From an uncultured Gemmatimonadales bacterium (lineage in GTDB: Bacteria; Gemmatimonadota; Gemmatimonadetes; Longimicrobiales; RSA9): DNA of 64,000 bases. The number at the start of each line of letters is the position of its first letter. The stretch's first letter is position 1. The translations under genes were made by a program, and so were the position numbers. The notes beneath the pieces were generated by a model that saw nothing but the letters and a program-made list of their open reading frames with translations, searched no databases and was not told the DNA's origin. Shown one piece after another: positions 24,579-34,669 of this stretch. The DNA is taken from assembly GCA_963708135.1 (NCBI GenBank), contig OY970192.1:2048001-2112000 (forward strand). The letters are read 5' to 3'.

Positions 24579-25702
24579 GCCGCCACCAGTGTCAGGAGCC
24601 GCCGGGCGATCTCTCGCGCCGCGTCGGGCCGGGCGCGCTCCCGCGCCGCCGCCGCCATCGGCACCCGGCGCGCCTCGTCGCCCGCCAGCGACAGGAGCTC
24701 CGACCAGAGCCGCTCCGGCGTGAGCTCGGACTCCGGGAGGAACACGGCCGCGCCGCTCCCCGCCAGCGCTCGCGCGTTGTGGGTCTGGTGGTCGGCCGCG
24801 GCCGTGGGCAGCGGCACGAGGATGGCCGGGATCCCCCACGCCAGGAGCTCCGCCGTGGCCATGGCTCCCGCGCGCGACACCGCCAGGTCCGTTGCCGCGA
24901 GCGCCCGCGGCATGTCCTCGATGTAGCCGCGTGCCCGCACCCGGCCGGCCAGCGCCAGCGGAGCGAGCCGGGCGCCCACCGCGTCGATGTGCGCGGGCCC
25001 CGTCGCCCACAGGATCTGCACGCCCTCTGGCAGCGGCGGAAGCCGGCCGGCGTCGGCGGCCTCGAGGGCACCGAGCAGCGCCTGGTTCACCGCGCGCGCC
25101 CCCTGGCTCCCTCCGACCACCAGCACGACCGTGCCGCCCTCGTCCAGGTCGAAGCCGCGCCGGCACCCTGCGCGCTCCAGCGCCGGGTCCGGCGGGCGGA
25201 TCGGATTGCCCAGCGCGAAGACCTGTGTACGCGGACCGGGGCGTAGCCAGCGCTCGGCCTCCGGGAAGCCGAGGTGGACCTGGCGCGCCCACCGGCTGAG
25301 CCAACGGATGGTCAGCCCGGGATAGGAGTTCTGCTCCTGCAGCGCCACCGGGGTTCCGCGCGCCAGTCCCCACAGGCAGGCTGGCCCGCTCGCGTAGCCG
25401 CCGGTGCCGACCACGAGACTGGGCCGCAGCCGCCGCCAGAGGCGGCCGAGCCCCCGCGCCGTTCCGATCGCCGCGGGCACGAGCCGCCAGTTGCGCCAGA
25501 CCCGGCTGCGGTAGATCGGCTCGGCCGGCAGCAGCGTGTGCGGCCGTCCCTGCTGCGGCAGCACGCGCGCCTCCACGCCGCGCTCGGCCCCGACGAAGTG
25601 CACCTCGACATCCGGCCGCTCGCGGCACACCGCGTCACCGAGCGCGAGGGCCGGGTAGAGGTGGCCGCCCGTGCCGCCGCCGGCGAAGAGGACGACGCTC
25701 AC
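24575..25702 (-). CDS. murG: lipid II GlcNAc transferase MurG
   Basis: GGGTGGHLYP, GGYAS, EQN, GNPIR, GGSQGA, SRAGA. Confidence 0.96.
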   Translation of the reverse strand: MSVVLFAGGGTGGHLYPALALGDAVCRERPDVEVHFVGAERGVEARVLPQQGRPHTLLPAEPIYRSRVWRNWRLVPAAIGTARGLGRLWRRLRPSLVVGTGGYASGPACLWGLARGTPVALQEQNSYPGLTIRWLSRWARQVHLGFPEAERWLRPGPRTQVFALGNPIRPPDPALERAGCRRGFDLDEGGTVVLVVGGSQGARAVNQALLGALEAADAGRLPPLPEGVQILWATGPAHIDAVGARLAPLALAGRVRARGYIEDMPRALAATDLAVSRAGAMATAELLAWGIPAILVPLPTAAADHQTHNARALAGSGAAVFLPESELTPERLWSELLSLAGDEARRVPMAAAARERARPDAAREIARRLLTLVAA

Positions 25703-26898
25703 GCCGCCTCCCGCTCGCCGGCGCGCGCGATGCTCAGCAGGATCCCCACCGCCACGAACGAGACCAGCAGGCTCGAACGCCCGTAGGACATGAACGGCAG
25801 CGTCATGCCGGTGGTGGGCACCAGCGCCAGCGCGACCGCCATGTGCAGGAAGGCCTGCACCACGATCAGGTTGGTCAGCCCGATGGCCAGCAGGAACCCG
25901 AACAGGTCCGGCGCCTGCCGCGCGATCCGGTAGCCGATCAGCGCGAACGCCGTGAACACCAGCACGAGCGCCAGCACCCCCACGAACCCGAGCTCCTCCC
26001 CGATCATCGAGAAGAGGAAGTCGTTGTGCGGCTCCGGGAGGAAGCCGAACTTCTGCTGGCCGCTGCCGAAGCCGCGGCCGAAGATGCCGCCGCTCCCAAT
26101 GGCGATGAGCGACTGGTTGATCTGGTAGCTGACCCCCGCCGGATCGTGGGACGGATCCAGGAACGCCGCGATCCGCCGCATGCGGTAGGCGGCCCCCTCG
26201 ACCTGGCTCCAGAGCAGCGGCAGGCCCAGCACGCCGAGCAGGATGAAGTGGCCGATGCGCGCTCCCGCGGCGAACACCACCAGCGAGCCCATGAGCAGCA
26301 CCAGCGCCGCGCTCGAGAGGTTCGGCTGGAGCAGGATCAGCACGTCCAGCCCGCCCCAGATCAGGAGGAACGGCAGCAGCCCGCGGCTGAGGCTGGGCAG
26401 CCGGTCCTGCTTCTTCACCGCCAGGGCAGCCGTCCAGACGATCACCGCCAGCTTGGCCACCTCGGCCGGCTGGATCACCAGCGGCCCGATCGCGATCCAG
26501 CGGCGCGCACCGTTGATCGACGGCGCCAGCGCCCGCGTCCCCGGCATGACCGTGATCGCCAGCAGCACCGCCACCCCGCCGAGCAGCGGCCAGGCCAGCC
26601 GCCGCCACCGCCGGTAGTCCACCTGCGCCGCAAGTGCCAGCAGCACGAGCCCCATCGCCCCGCCCAGCGCCTGCCGCACCACGAAGTAGTAGTCCGGCTG
26701 CCCCATCGACTGCGCCATGACCGCGCTGGCGCTGTAGACCATGAGGAGCCCGGCGCACAGGAGCGCCACCGTCGCCAGCAGGAGCGCCGTGCCCTCCCAT
26801 CCGCGGCCCAGCCGCGACGCGCCGCCGGAGCCCAGCTCCGGCACGCCCCCCGCGGCAGACCACCCCGTGGTCTGCACGACCGCCGCCCTACGCGCCAT
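25699..26898 (-). CDS. ftsW: SEDS peptidoglycan polymerase FtsW
   Basis: MVYSAS, NGARRWI, QPAEVAK, LPEPHNDF, LPFMSYG. Confidence 0.95.
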   Translation of the reverse strand: MARRAAVVQTTGWSAAGGVPELGSGGASRLGRGWEGTALLLATVALLCAGLLMVYSASAVMAQSMGQPDYYFVVRQALGGAMGLVLLALAAQVDYRRWRRLAWPLLGGVAVLLAITVMPGTRALAPSINGARRWIAIGPLVIQPAEVAKLAVIVWTAALAVKKQDRLPSLSRGLLPFLLIWGGLDVLILLQPNLSSAALVLLMGSLVVFAAGARIGHFILLGVLGLPLLWSQVEGAAYRMRRIAAFLDPSHDPAGVSYQINQSLIAIGSGGIFGRGFGSGQQKFGFLPEPHNDFLFSMIGEELGFVGVLALVLVFTAFALIGYRIARQAPDLFGFLLAIGLTNLIVVQAFLHMAVALALVPTTGMTLPFMSYGRSSLLVSFVAVGILLSIARAGEREAA

Positions 26899-28264
26899 GC
26901 GCCGCCTCCCCCACGCCGCCCATTGCCAGCGCCTTGAAGCGACGGCCGCGCTCCTCGTAGTTCTCGAACATGTCGTAGCTGGCGCACGCCGGCGCGAGCA
27001 GCACCGCGTCTCCCGGTCGAGCGAGCCTCGCGGCCCGCTCCACGACATTCGCGAAGGAGCCCTCGACGCGCTCCACCGGCACGGCATCCCCGAGGTCGGT
27101 GGCGACCTCGCCCGCCGCCTCGCCGTAGGCGACGACCGCTCGGGCGTGATCCCGAAGCGCCGGGAGAAGCGACGTGTACGGCTCGCCCTTGTGCCGCCCC
27201 CCCAGGAGCAGGACCGTCGGACGCGTCATGCTGCGCAGGGAGACGAGAGCCGACGCCACGTTCGTCGCCTTGGAGTCGTTGATCCACAGGATCCCGTCGC
27301 GCTCGCCCACCACCTCCATCCGGTGCTCCAGGCCGGCAAAGGTGCGCAGCCCTTCCCGCACCGGCCCGACGGCGACACCGGCCAGCGTGGCGGCCAGGGC
27401 GGCCGCGAGCGCGTTCGCCCGGTTGTGCACGCCCAGGATCCGCAGCTCCTCCGAGCGGACGAGCGGCGTCGTCCCTCCGTCGAGACGGAGCGTCAGCACG
27501 TCCTTCTCGATCACGGCGCCCTCCTCGCCCGCGGCGAGGGAGCTCTCGGTCCGGAACAGGTAGCGCCGGCCCGGCGCCTCGCCCGGAAGCGCCAGCACCT
27601 CCCGCTCGTCGCCGTTCAAAATCCAGCGCGAGGCGGGGCTCGCGTTCGCGAACAGCCGCGCCTTGTCGGCGTAGTAGGCGCGCACCGACGGGTACCGGTC
27701 GAGGTGGTCGGGCGCGAGGTTCGTCACGATCCCGATCGCCGGCGCGAACGTGTCCACGTCCGCGAGCTGGAACGAGCTGGCTTCCACCACCACCCAGTCC
27801 GGCGCCGTGTCCCGTAGCGCCACCTCCGAGAGGGCGACGCCGATGTTGCCGGCCGCCGGCGCATCCAGGCCCGCCTGGCGCAGCAGGTGCGCGGCGAGCG
27901 CCGTGGTCGTGCTCTTCCCGTTCGTGCCCGTCACCGCAATGACGGGGGAGGACAGCTGCCGGAACGCGAATTCGAGCTCGGACACCCGCGGTACCGCTCG
28001 GACGCGCGGCTCCACCAGGATCGGCGCGTTCGGCGCGATGCCGGGGCTGACCACCAGCAGGTCGCACGCCGCGAGCTTCTCGGCCGTGTGCCCGCCCACC
28101 TCCGCCTGGCCGCCCAGCCGGCGCACCAGCGTCGCGGCCGCACGCGCTTCGTCGGAGCCGCCCCCATCGGAGGCGAACACGGCCATCCCCCGCTTCAGCG
28201 CGAGCTGCGCCGCCGCGCGGCCGCTGCGGGCCAGGCCGATCACCCCCACGCGGAGCTCGCTCAC
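26888..28264 (-). CDS. murD: UDP-MurNAc-Ala--D-glutamate ligase
   Basis: GLARSG, SPGI, TGTNGKST, SSFQL, HRME, NDSKATN, PACASYD. Confidence 0.96.
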   Translation of the reverse strand: MSELRVGVIGLARSGRAAAQLALKRGMAVFASDGGGSDEARAAATLVRRLGGQAEVGGHTAEKLAACDLLVVSPGIAPNAPILVEPRVRAVPRVSELEFAFRQLSSPVIAVTGTNGKSTTTALAAHLLRQAGLDAPAAGNIGVALSEVALRDTAPDWVVVEASSFQLADVDTFAPAIGIVTNLAPDHLDRYPSVRAYYADKARLFANASPASRWILNGDEREVLALPGEAPGRRYLFRTESSLAAGEEGAVIEKDVLTLRLDGGTTPLVRSEELRILGVHNRANALAAALAATLAGVAVGPVREGLRTFAGLEHRMEVVGERDGILWINDSKATNVASALVSLRSMTRPTVLLLGGRHKGEPYTSLLPALRDHARAVVAYGEAAGEVATDLGDAVPVERVEGSFANVVERAARLARPGDAVLLAPACASYDMFENYEERGRRFKALAMGGVGEAAHGA

Positions 28265-29367
28265 CGGATCTTCAGCGTGCTGAAGGCGATCAGGGAGAAA
28301 AGGATCCCGAGGATCCAGAAGCGGGCGATGATCTTGCTCTCCGCCCACCCCGCCTTCTCGAAGTGGTGGTGCAGCGGCGCCATCTTGAGCAGCCGCATCC
28401 CGCGCCCGTACCGGCGGGCCGTGTACTTGAAGTAGCCGACCTGGGCGATCACGGAGAGCGCCTCGAGGACGAAGATCCCACCCACGATGCAGAGCAGGAA
28501 CTCGGCCTTCAGCAGGATGGCCACCGCGCCGATGGCGCCGCCGATGGCGAGCGAGCCGGTGTCGCCCATGAAGACCTCGGCGGGATGTGCGTTGTACCAC
28601 AGGAAGCCGAGGGAGGCGCCGGCCAGCGCCACCGAGAACACGGCCAGCTCGCCCGAGCCGGGCAGGTAGAAGATCCCGAGGTAGGCGGAGGTGTCCACGC
28701 GCCCGACGAGGTAGGCGAAGACCGCAAAGGTCGCGGCCGCGATCGCCGACAGCCCGCCGGCCAGCCCGTCAAGTCCGTCCGTCAGGTTCACCGCGTTCGA
28801 GGAGCCCGCCAGGATGAACATCACCCAGGGCACGAAGAGCACCCGCGCGATCTCCAGGTGCCAGTCGGCCAGGAATGGCAGGCTGGTCCAACTGCTCGGA
28901 ACCGGACTGATCGGGTGCACGATCAGGAACACCGCGATGATGAAGCCGATCAGCCCCTGCCCGATCAGCTTGTAGCGGCCTACGAGGCCCTCCGTGCGCC
29001 GCCGCACGACCTTCAGGTAGTCATCCAAGAAGCCGAGCGCGCCCATCCAGATCAGCACGGAGAGCGTGATGATGATGTAGGGGTTGCCGAGGTCGGCCCA
29101 GAGAAGCGTCGAGACCACGCACGCGATGAGGATCAGCAGCCCGCCCATGGTCGGCGTGCCGGCCTTCCTGAGGTGCGTCTCCGGCCCCTCCTCCCGGACC
29201 ACCTGTCCGAAGCGCAGCCCGTGCAGCCACCGGATCACGGCCGGACCCAGCGCGAACGCGATGAGCAGCGCCGTGACCATCGAGGCCGCCGCCCGGAACG
29301 TGATGTAGCGGAACAGGTTGAACACGATGTAGCGGTCCGCCAGCGGCGCCAGGAGGTGGTAGAGCAC
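28261..29367 (-). CDS. mraY: phospho-MurNAc-pentapeptide transferase
   Basis: KAGTPTMGG, NAVNLTDGLDGL, VFMGDTGS, MAPLHHHFE. Confidence 0.97.
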   Translation of the reverse strand: MLYHLLAPLADRYIVFNLFRYITFRAAASMVTALLIAFALGPAVIRWLHGLRFGQVVREEGPETHLRKAGTPTMGGLLILIACVVSTLLWADLGNPYIIITLSVLIWMGALGFLDDYLKVVRRRTEGLVGRYKLIGQGLIGFIIAVFLIVHPISPVPSSWTSLPFLADWHLEIARVLFVPWVMFILAGSSNAVNLTDGLDGLAGGLSAIAAATFAVFAYLVGRVDTSAYLGIFYLPGSGELAVFSVALAGASLGFLWYNAHPAEVFMGDTGSLAIGGAIGAVAILLKAEFLLCIVGGIFVLEALSVIAQVGYFKYTARRYGRGMRLLKMAPLHHHFEKAGWAESKIIARFWILGILFSLIAFSTLKIR

Positions 29368-29368
29368 G

Positions 29369-30889
29369 CTACTCTCCCGTCCGGCGGACAACGTCTTCGC
29401 CGTCCTCGTTGGCGGACTCGGCGGAAAACCCTGGGAAGCGCTCCGCCGGGCGCGCCTCGTCACGCATCCCGGCTCGAGCATTCGACTCCCGCGGCCCGAA
29501 GGCCTCCCCGTGCGGGCGGAGCGTTCCCCAGTGCTGCTCGAAGCGCGGGAGCAGCCGCTCGAGAGCGACCCCGCGCGATCCCTTCAGAAGAATCACCTCG
29601 TCGCCCCGCAGCCGCGGGACGAGGAGGTCGAATGCGTCCAGCGGATCCTCGGCGCTCAGGAGGCGCTCCCCCAGCTGCCGGCGGAGCGGCTCGAACGCGG
29701 CCGTGAAGGCGCCCGTCGCCACGACGACGTCCAGCCCCGCCCGGGCCACCACCGCCGCCGTCGCGGCATGGATCTCCGCCGAGCGAGGCCCCAGCTCGAG
29801 CATCGTGCCGAGCACCGCCACCCGGCCGCCCCGCCGCGGCATCGCGGCCAGCGTGTCGATGGCGGCGGCCACGCTCGGCGGATTCGCGTTGTAGCAGTCG
29901 GAAAGCACGAGGATCTCGCCGTAGCGGTGGAACTCGCCGCGCATCCGGCCGGGCTGGAGCGCGCGCAGCGCGGCCACCGCGGCGTCCGCTTCCACGCCCC
30001 ATTCCACCGCGAGACCCAGCGCGAGCAGGGCGTTGCGCGCGCTGTGGCGGCCCCGCAGCGCGAGCGCCACCTCCCTCCCCTGCCACCGGAAGCGCACCGT
30101 GCCGTCCTCGGCCAGGCGAATGTCCTCGGCCCGCAGCGCCGCGTCCGCGCGCTCGCTCCACCCCGCCACGCGCACCGTCGCCGCCAGCGCTCGCGCCCGC
30201 TCAGCGAGCTCCGCCGGCTCGTCCGCCACCAGCGCGACGCCCTCCTCGCCGAGGGCGTCGAGCACCGCCGTCTCCTCGCGCAGCACGCCCTCGAGATCAT
30301 GCAGCCCCTCGAGGTGCTCCTCGCCGATCGATGTCACGATCGCCACATCCGGCTCGACGATCTCCGCGAGCCGCGCCACCTCGCCCGGCGCGTTGGTGCC
30401 CATCTCGATGACGAGCGCTTCGGCATCCGCCGGCGCCGCCAGCAGCGTCAGCGGAACGCCGACCAGGTTGTTCAGGTTGCCCGTCGTCGCATGGACCCGG
30501 TAGCGCGCCCCCAGCGCCGCACGGGCCAGCTCCTTCGTGGTCGTCTTGCCGTTGCTGCCGGTGATCGCCGACACCCGCGCGGAAAGCGTGCGACGGTGGA
30601 AGCGCGCGAGCCGGCCGAGCGCCACCAGCGTGTCCTCCACCACGTACCGTGCGAGCCCGGCGGGCGTGTCCTCCGGCACCCGCGCCACGACCGCACCCGT
30701 CGCGCCTCGCGCGGCGGCGTCGGCCAGGAAAGCGTGCGCGTCGAAGCGCTCGCCGCTGAGCGCCACGAACAGCGAGCCCGGCTCGATCGAGCGTGTGTCC
30801 GTGCTCACGCCGGTGTAGCGCAGCTCGGGGGCCGCCTCCCCCTCGAGCCCCAGAGCCTCGCGCACCATCGCGTCCGTCCAGACGCTCAC
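29369..30889 (-). CDS. murF: UDP-MurNAc-tripeptide--D-Ala-D-Ala ligase
   Basis: TDTRS, TGSNGKTTTKE, GNLNN, EMG, YNANP, LLKGSRG. Confidence 0.95.
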   Translation of the reverse strand: MSVWTDAMVREALGLEGEAAPELRYTGVSTDTRSIEPGSLFVALSGERFDAHAFLADAAARGATGAVVARVPEDTPAGLARYVVEDTLVALGRLARFHRRTLSARVSAITGSNGKTTTKELARAALGARYRVHATTGNLNNLVGVPLTLLAAPADAEALVIEMGTNAPGEVARLAEIVEPDVAIVTSIGEEHLEGLHDLEGVLREETAVLDALGEEGVALVADEPAELAERARALAATVRVAGWSERADAALRAEDIRLAEDGTVRFRWQGREVALALRGRHSARNALLALGLAVEWGVEADAAVAALRALQPGRMRGEFHRYGEILVLSDCYNANPPSVAAAIDTLAAMPRRGGRVAVLGTMLELGPRSAEIHAATAAVVARAGLDVVVATGAFTAAFEPLRRQLGERLLSAEDPLDAFDLLVPRLRGDEVILLKGSRGVALERLLPRFEQHWGTLRPHGEAFGPRESNARAGMRDEARPAERFPGFSAESANEDGEDVVRRTGE

Positions 30890-32379
30890 GAGGCCACCTC
30901 TCGGAGCGCGTTCCACTCGCGGACGACGCGCCGCTCGTCGAACGGCACCTTGCGCGTGCCGACGACCTGGTAGTCCTCGTGTCCCTTGCCAGCGAGCAGC
31001 ACCGCGTCGCCCGGCCCCGCCTCCTCCAGCGCCCGCCCGATCGCCGCGCGCCGATCCGTGATGCGCAGAAACGAGCGCCCCTCGAACCCAGCCACGATCT
31101 CGTCGATGATCGCGTCCGGGTCCTCAGTGCGCGGGTTGTCCGACGTCACCACCACGAGGTCCGCGCCCCGTTCGGCCGCGCGCGCCATGAGCGGCCGCTT
31201 GCCCCGGTCCCGGTCGCCGCCCGCGCCGAACACGACGATCAGACGGCCGGGAACCTGCGGCCGCAGGGCCGCAAGGGCGCGCTCCAGCGCGTCGGGGGTG
31301 TGGGCGTAGTCGGTCAGTACCGGGCAGGGCGAGTCGGCCACCCGCTCGAGACGGCCCGGAACCTGGGGCGCGTCCGACAGCGCGGCCGCGACGTCGGCTG
31401 GCGAGATCCCGAGCGCGATCGAGGCGGCCGCCGCAGCCAGGGCGTTGTCCACGTTGTACGCCCCCACGAGAGGCAGCCGCACATCCGCCTCCGCCTGCGG
31501 CGTGTGCAGGCGGAACCGGGCGCCGTCCGGGGCGAGCTCCACATCCCGCGCGCGCACCTCCGCACCCTCGGCCCGCCCGAACGTGACGCGCCGCGGAGCA
31601 CGCGACGCCGCCCCCGCCCACGCCGGTTCGTCCGCGTTCAACACCGCCACACCCTCCGGCCGAAGCAGCTCGAGCAGGGTGAGCTTGGCGGCGCGGTACG
31701 CCTCCATCGTGCCGTGATAATCGAGGTGGTCGCGCGAGAGGTTCGTGAACACGGCGGCATCGAAGCGCAGTGCCTCCAGCCGCCCCTGCGCCAGCGCGTG
31801 GGACGAGGCCTCCATGGCCACGGCGGCGATCCCGTCATCCGCCAGGTCGCGCAGCAGCCGGGCGGACTCCACGGGACCGGGCGTCGTAAGGCCCTCCGAC
31901 CCGGGCAGGAGCGAGCCATCCGCGAGCCGCACGCCCAGCGTGCCGATCGAAGCGGCCGGCGCCGCGCGCGACAGGATGTGGCGCGTGAGCCAGACCGTCG
32001 TCGTCTTGCCGTTCGTCCCGGTCACACCCGCCAGCCGGAGCGCGTCCTGCGGATCGCCGTATACCAGCGCCGCGGCCGCCGCCGCGGCCCGGCGGCCGTC
32101 GCGCACCTCGATCTGGGGGATCGACAGATCCTGCATCCGGCGCTCGACCAGTGCTGCCACGGCGCCGGCCGCGGCGGCCTGGCCGAGGAACGCGTGCGCG
32201 TCCACCGCCGTACCGGCCCACGCACAGAACAGGTCGCCCGGACGCACATCGCGGCTGTCGGCCGTGATCCCCGTGAGACGAGCGTCCCCGGGGGAAGCCG
32301 AGAGCAGGAGCGCCTCGTTGCGCAGGCGCTCGGCGAGCCGGTGCAGCGAGACCGGCGGCCGCGGGGCGCGCGGCTTCAT
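30886..32379 (-). CDS. murE: UDP-MurNAc-dipeptide--meso-DAP ligase
   Basis: TGTNGKTT, TTP, DYAHTPDAL, GGDRD, DNPR (DAP-type motif), GKGHE. Confidence 0.96.
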   Translation of the reverse strand: MKPRAPRPPVSLHRLAERLRNEALLLSASPGDARLTGITADSRDVRPGDLFCAWAGTAVDAHAFLGQAAAAGAVAALVERRMQDLSIPQIEVRDGRRAAAAAAALVYGDPQDALRLAGVTGTNGKTTTVWLTRHILSRAAPAASIGTLGVRLADGSLLPGSEGLTTPGPVESARLLRDLADDGIAAVAMEASSHALAQGRLEALRFDAAVFTNLSRDHLDYHGTMEAYRAAKLTLLELLRPEGVAVLNADEPAWAGAASRAPRRVTFGRAEGAEVRARDVELAPDGARFRLHTPQAEADVRLPLVGAYNVDNALAAAAASIALGISPADVAAALSDAPQVPGRLERVADSPCPVLTDYAHTPDALERALAALRPQVPGRLIVVFGAGGDRDRGKRPLMARAAERGADLVVVTSDNPRTEDPDAIIDEIVAGFEGRSFLRITDRRAAIGRALEEAGPGDAVLLAGKGHEDYQVVGTRKVPFDERRVVREWNALREVAS

Positions 32380-34382
32380 TCGTCCCCCCCGCCGGCGCCC
32401 CGCAGGTGGACCAGCGTACCGGACGTCGCGACCGTTCCCGCCTCCGGGTCGCTGGCCTCCACCGCTCCGGTGCCGTCCACCTGTACGCGGAACCCGTCCG
32501 CGAGCAGCCGACGGGCCGCATCCCGCAGTGGCAGCCCCGTGACCGCGGGAACCGTCCGCGAGGAGGGCGCGGCCGCTCCCGCCCGACGGGCACGGCCGCC
32601 GTTCAGCGCGAACACGTAGGGCCCCCCGGCCGGGGCCGCCGCGGCGGCCGCGGGTCCCGGCGCCGTCGCGGCGTCGGCGCCGCCCCGGTCGCCAGCGCGC
32701 GCCGGCGTGGCGGAGCGTGCCACGGCCGCGCGGTCGAGCGGGGTGTGCCAGGCGGCGAGCGCGGCGGCCAGCGTCGCCCGCGTCACGGGCGCCGCGGCCA
32801 GCCCGCCGTAGATGGCGTGCTGCGGACGATCGATCTTCACGAGAAAAACCAGTTGCGGATCCTGCACCGGGAAGAAGCCCGCGAAGGAGGCCGTGTATGC
32901 ACCACGTTCGTAGTGTCCGGCGCGGAAGACCCGGGCCGTGCCGGTCTTCCCGGCCACGGGGAACGGCCCCAACCCCGCACGCGTGCCGGTGCCGTCCTCC
33001 ACGACCTCCGCCAGCACCTCGCGCAGCGATGCGGCGATGCGCGCGGGAATCACCCGCCGCACCTCGCGCGCCCCGAAGGCCTCGATGGTGCGCCCGTCCC
33101 GGGAGCGCACTTCGCGTACCAGCCGCGGCTCCATCAGCATCCCGCCGTTGGCGATGGCGCCATAGGCCAGCGCCATCTGGAGCGGCGTGACGCCCACCTC
33201 GTAGCCGATCGCAAGGCTTCCCTGCGAGTAGCGGGACCAGCGCGACGGCGGCCGCAGCGTGCCGGTGGACTCGGAGGGGTAGCGTACGCCCGTGGGAGAA
33301 CCGAAGCCGAAGTCTCGCAGGTAGCGGTACTGCTGCTCCGGGTCGAGGCGGCTCGACATCTTCACCATCGAGATGTTCGACGAGACCCGGAGCGCGTCGC
33401 GCAGCGTCAGCCAGCCGTTCGGCTCGACGTCCGACACCGTGCGGCCTGCATAGGTGTAGCGTCCCTCCTCGGCGTACACACGATCCGCGAGGGTCGCCCG
33501 GTGCGTCGCGAGCAGCGTCGCCACCAGGAACGGCTTGAACGTCGAGCCAGGCTCGTACGTGTCGGTGGCCGCGCGCCAGTGCGTGGCCCCGGCGCTCCGC
33601 AGGCTGACTGCCGCCAGGATCTCGCCCGTGTACGGGTCCGCCATGATCAGGTCGCCGCCCGCCGCGCCGGTGCTGTCCACCGCCTGCGCCAGCGCCTCCC
33701 GCGCAATGTCCTGGAGGCCCGCGTCGATCGTGAGATAGAGGTCGTTGCCGGGGACCGGCTGTACGGCGCTCAGCATCGCGCCCGGGATCGTCCGCCCGTG
33801 CGCGTCGCGGCGCACCACGGCGTAGCCCGGCGTGCCCGAGAGCAGCGAGTCGAACTCGAGCTCCAGCCCGCCGAGCGCCTTCCCGTCCGCCGTGACGGGC
33901 CCGATCAGGTCCCGCGCCAGCGGGCCGTGCGGGTAGAAGCGCCGGACCACGCCCTCGAAGTAGACGCCCCTCAGCCCTTCCAGCCGCCCTTTCGCCGCGG
34001 CGTCGTAGAGGCCGGGCAGCACCACCCAGCGGGGCCGCCGGTCGATCGCGCGCCGGACCTCCGCCACGCCCAGATTCAGCGCCGCCCGCAGCCGCGCCTC
34101 CGCCGACGCGCGGTCCCTCAGCTCCCGCGGCGCCACGGCCACCCGGAACGCCTCCGCGCTCGCCGCCAGCGGCACGCCGTTGCGGTCGTACACCGTGCCG
34201 CGCGGCGCCGGAAGCACCATGCGGTCCGCGTGCTCGTCCTCTGCACGGCCGCGCCACAGCGTGGAATCGAGCGCCTGGAGCTGGAAGGAACGCACCAGCA
34301 CGGCCACGCCCGCCAGCAGGACTCCCGCCAGCAGCAGGCGCCGCCGCGCTCCGTGCCTCGGCCCCTTCGGCGCCTTCCTCAC
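32376..34382 (-). CDS. ftsI: class B PBP FtsI with C-terminal PASTA-like domain
   Basis: RGTVYDRNG, EPGSTFK (SxxK), SSN, KTGT. Confidence 0.93.
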   Translation of the reverse strand: MRKAPKGPRHGARRRLLLAGVLLAGVAVLVRSFQLQALDSTLWRGRAEDEHADRMVLPAPRGTVYDRNGVPLAASAEAFRVAVAPRELRDRASAEARLRAALNLGVAEVRRAIDRRPRWVVLPGLYDAAAKGRLEGLRGVYFEGVVRRFYPHGPLARDLIGPVTADGKALGGLELEFDSLLSGTPGYAVVRRDAHGRTIPGAMLSAVQPVPGNDLYLTIDAGLQDIAREALAQAVDSTGAAGGDLIMADPYTGEILAAVSLRSAGATHWRAATDTYEPGSTFKPFLVATLLATHRATLADRVYAEEGRYTYAGRTVSDVEPNGWLTLRDALRVSSNISMVKMSSRLDPEQQYRYLRDFGFGSPTGVRYPSESTGTLRPPSRWSRYSQGSLAIGYEVGVTPLQMALAYGAIANGGMLMEPRLVREVRSRDGRTIEAFGAREVRRVIPARIAASLREVLAEVVEDGTGTRAGLGPFPVAGKTGTARVFRAGHYERGAYTASFAGFFPVQDPQLVFLVKIDRPQHAIYGGLAAAPVTRATLAAALAAWHTPLDRAAVARSATPARAGDRGGADAATAPGPAAAAAAPAGGPYVFALNGGRARRAGAAAPSSRTVPAVTGLPLRDAARRLLADGFRVQVDGTGAVEASDPEAGTVATSGTLVHLRGAGGGDE

Positions 34383-34669
34383 CGCGCACCCGAGTCCGGC
34401 AGGATCACGATCTCGGCGCCGGACGGAACTCGCATTCCCATGCGCGTGCCCGCTACCGCCACGACCCGCTCGCGGCCTTCCAGCCGCTGGATCCGCTGCT
34501 GCTGCTCCGCCCGCTCCGCCTCCACCACCGCCACGGCCGTCCGCGCGCGGTCCAGCGCCCGAAGCGCGACCAGCGCCCGGCTCTGGCGGTACACCACCAG
34601 GCTCAGCGCCAGGAGCAGCACCGCGAACGCCATCGCGAGACGGATCACGCCCGAGCCCCGTCGCATCAC
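34379..34669 (-). CDS. ftsL: cell division protein FtsL-like
   Basis: Short TM plus coiled coil ending ...GMRVP; lies between rsmH and ftsI. Confidence 0.75.
   Translation of the reverse strand: MMRRGSGVIRLAMAFAVLLLALSLVVYRQSRALVALRALDRARTAVAVVEAERAEQQQRIQRLEGRERVVAVAGTRMGMRVPSGAEIVILPDSGAR

Noticed and set aside
30886..34389. Apparent giant or fused ORFs (1167-aa murE, 820-aa murC, 762-aa murG, 932-aa hyfC-like, 819-aa propeller)
   Set aside because: The N-terminal extensions are off-frame or antisense readings of neighbouring genes; the true starts are internal.
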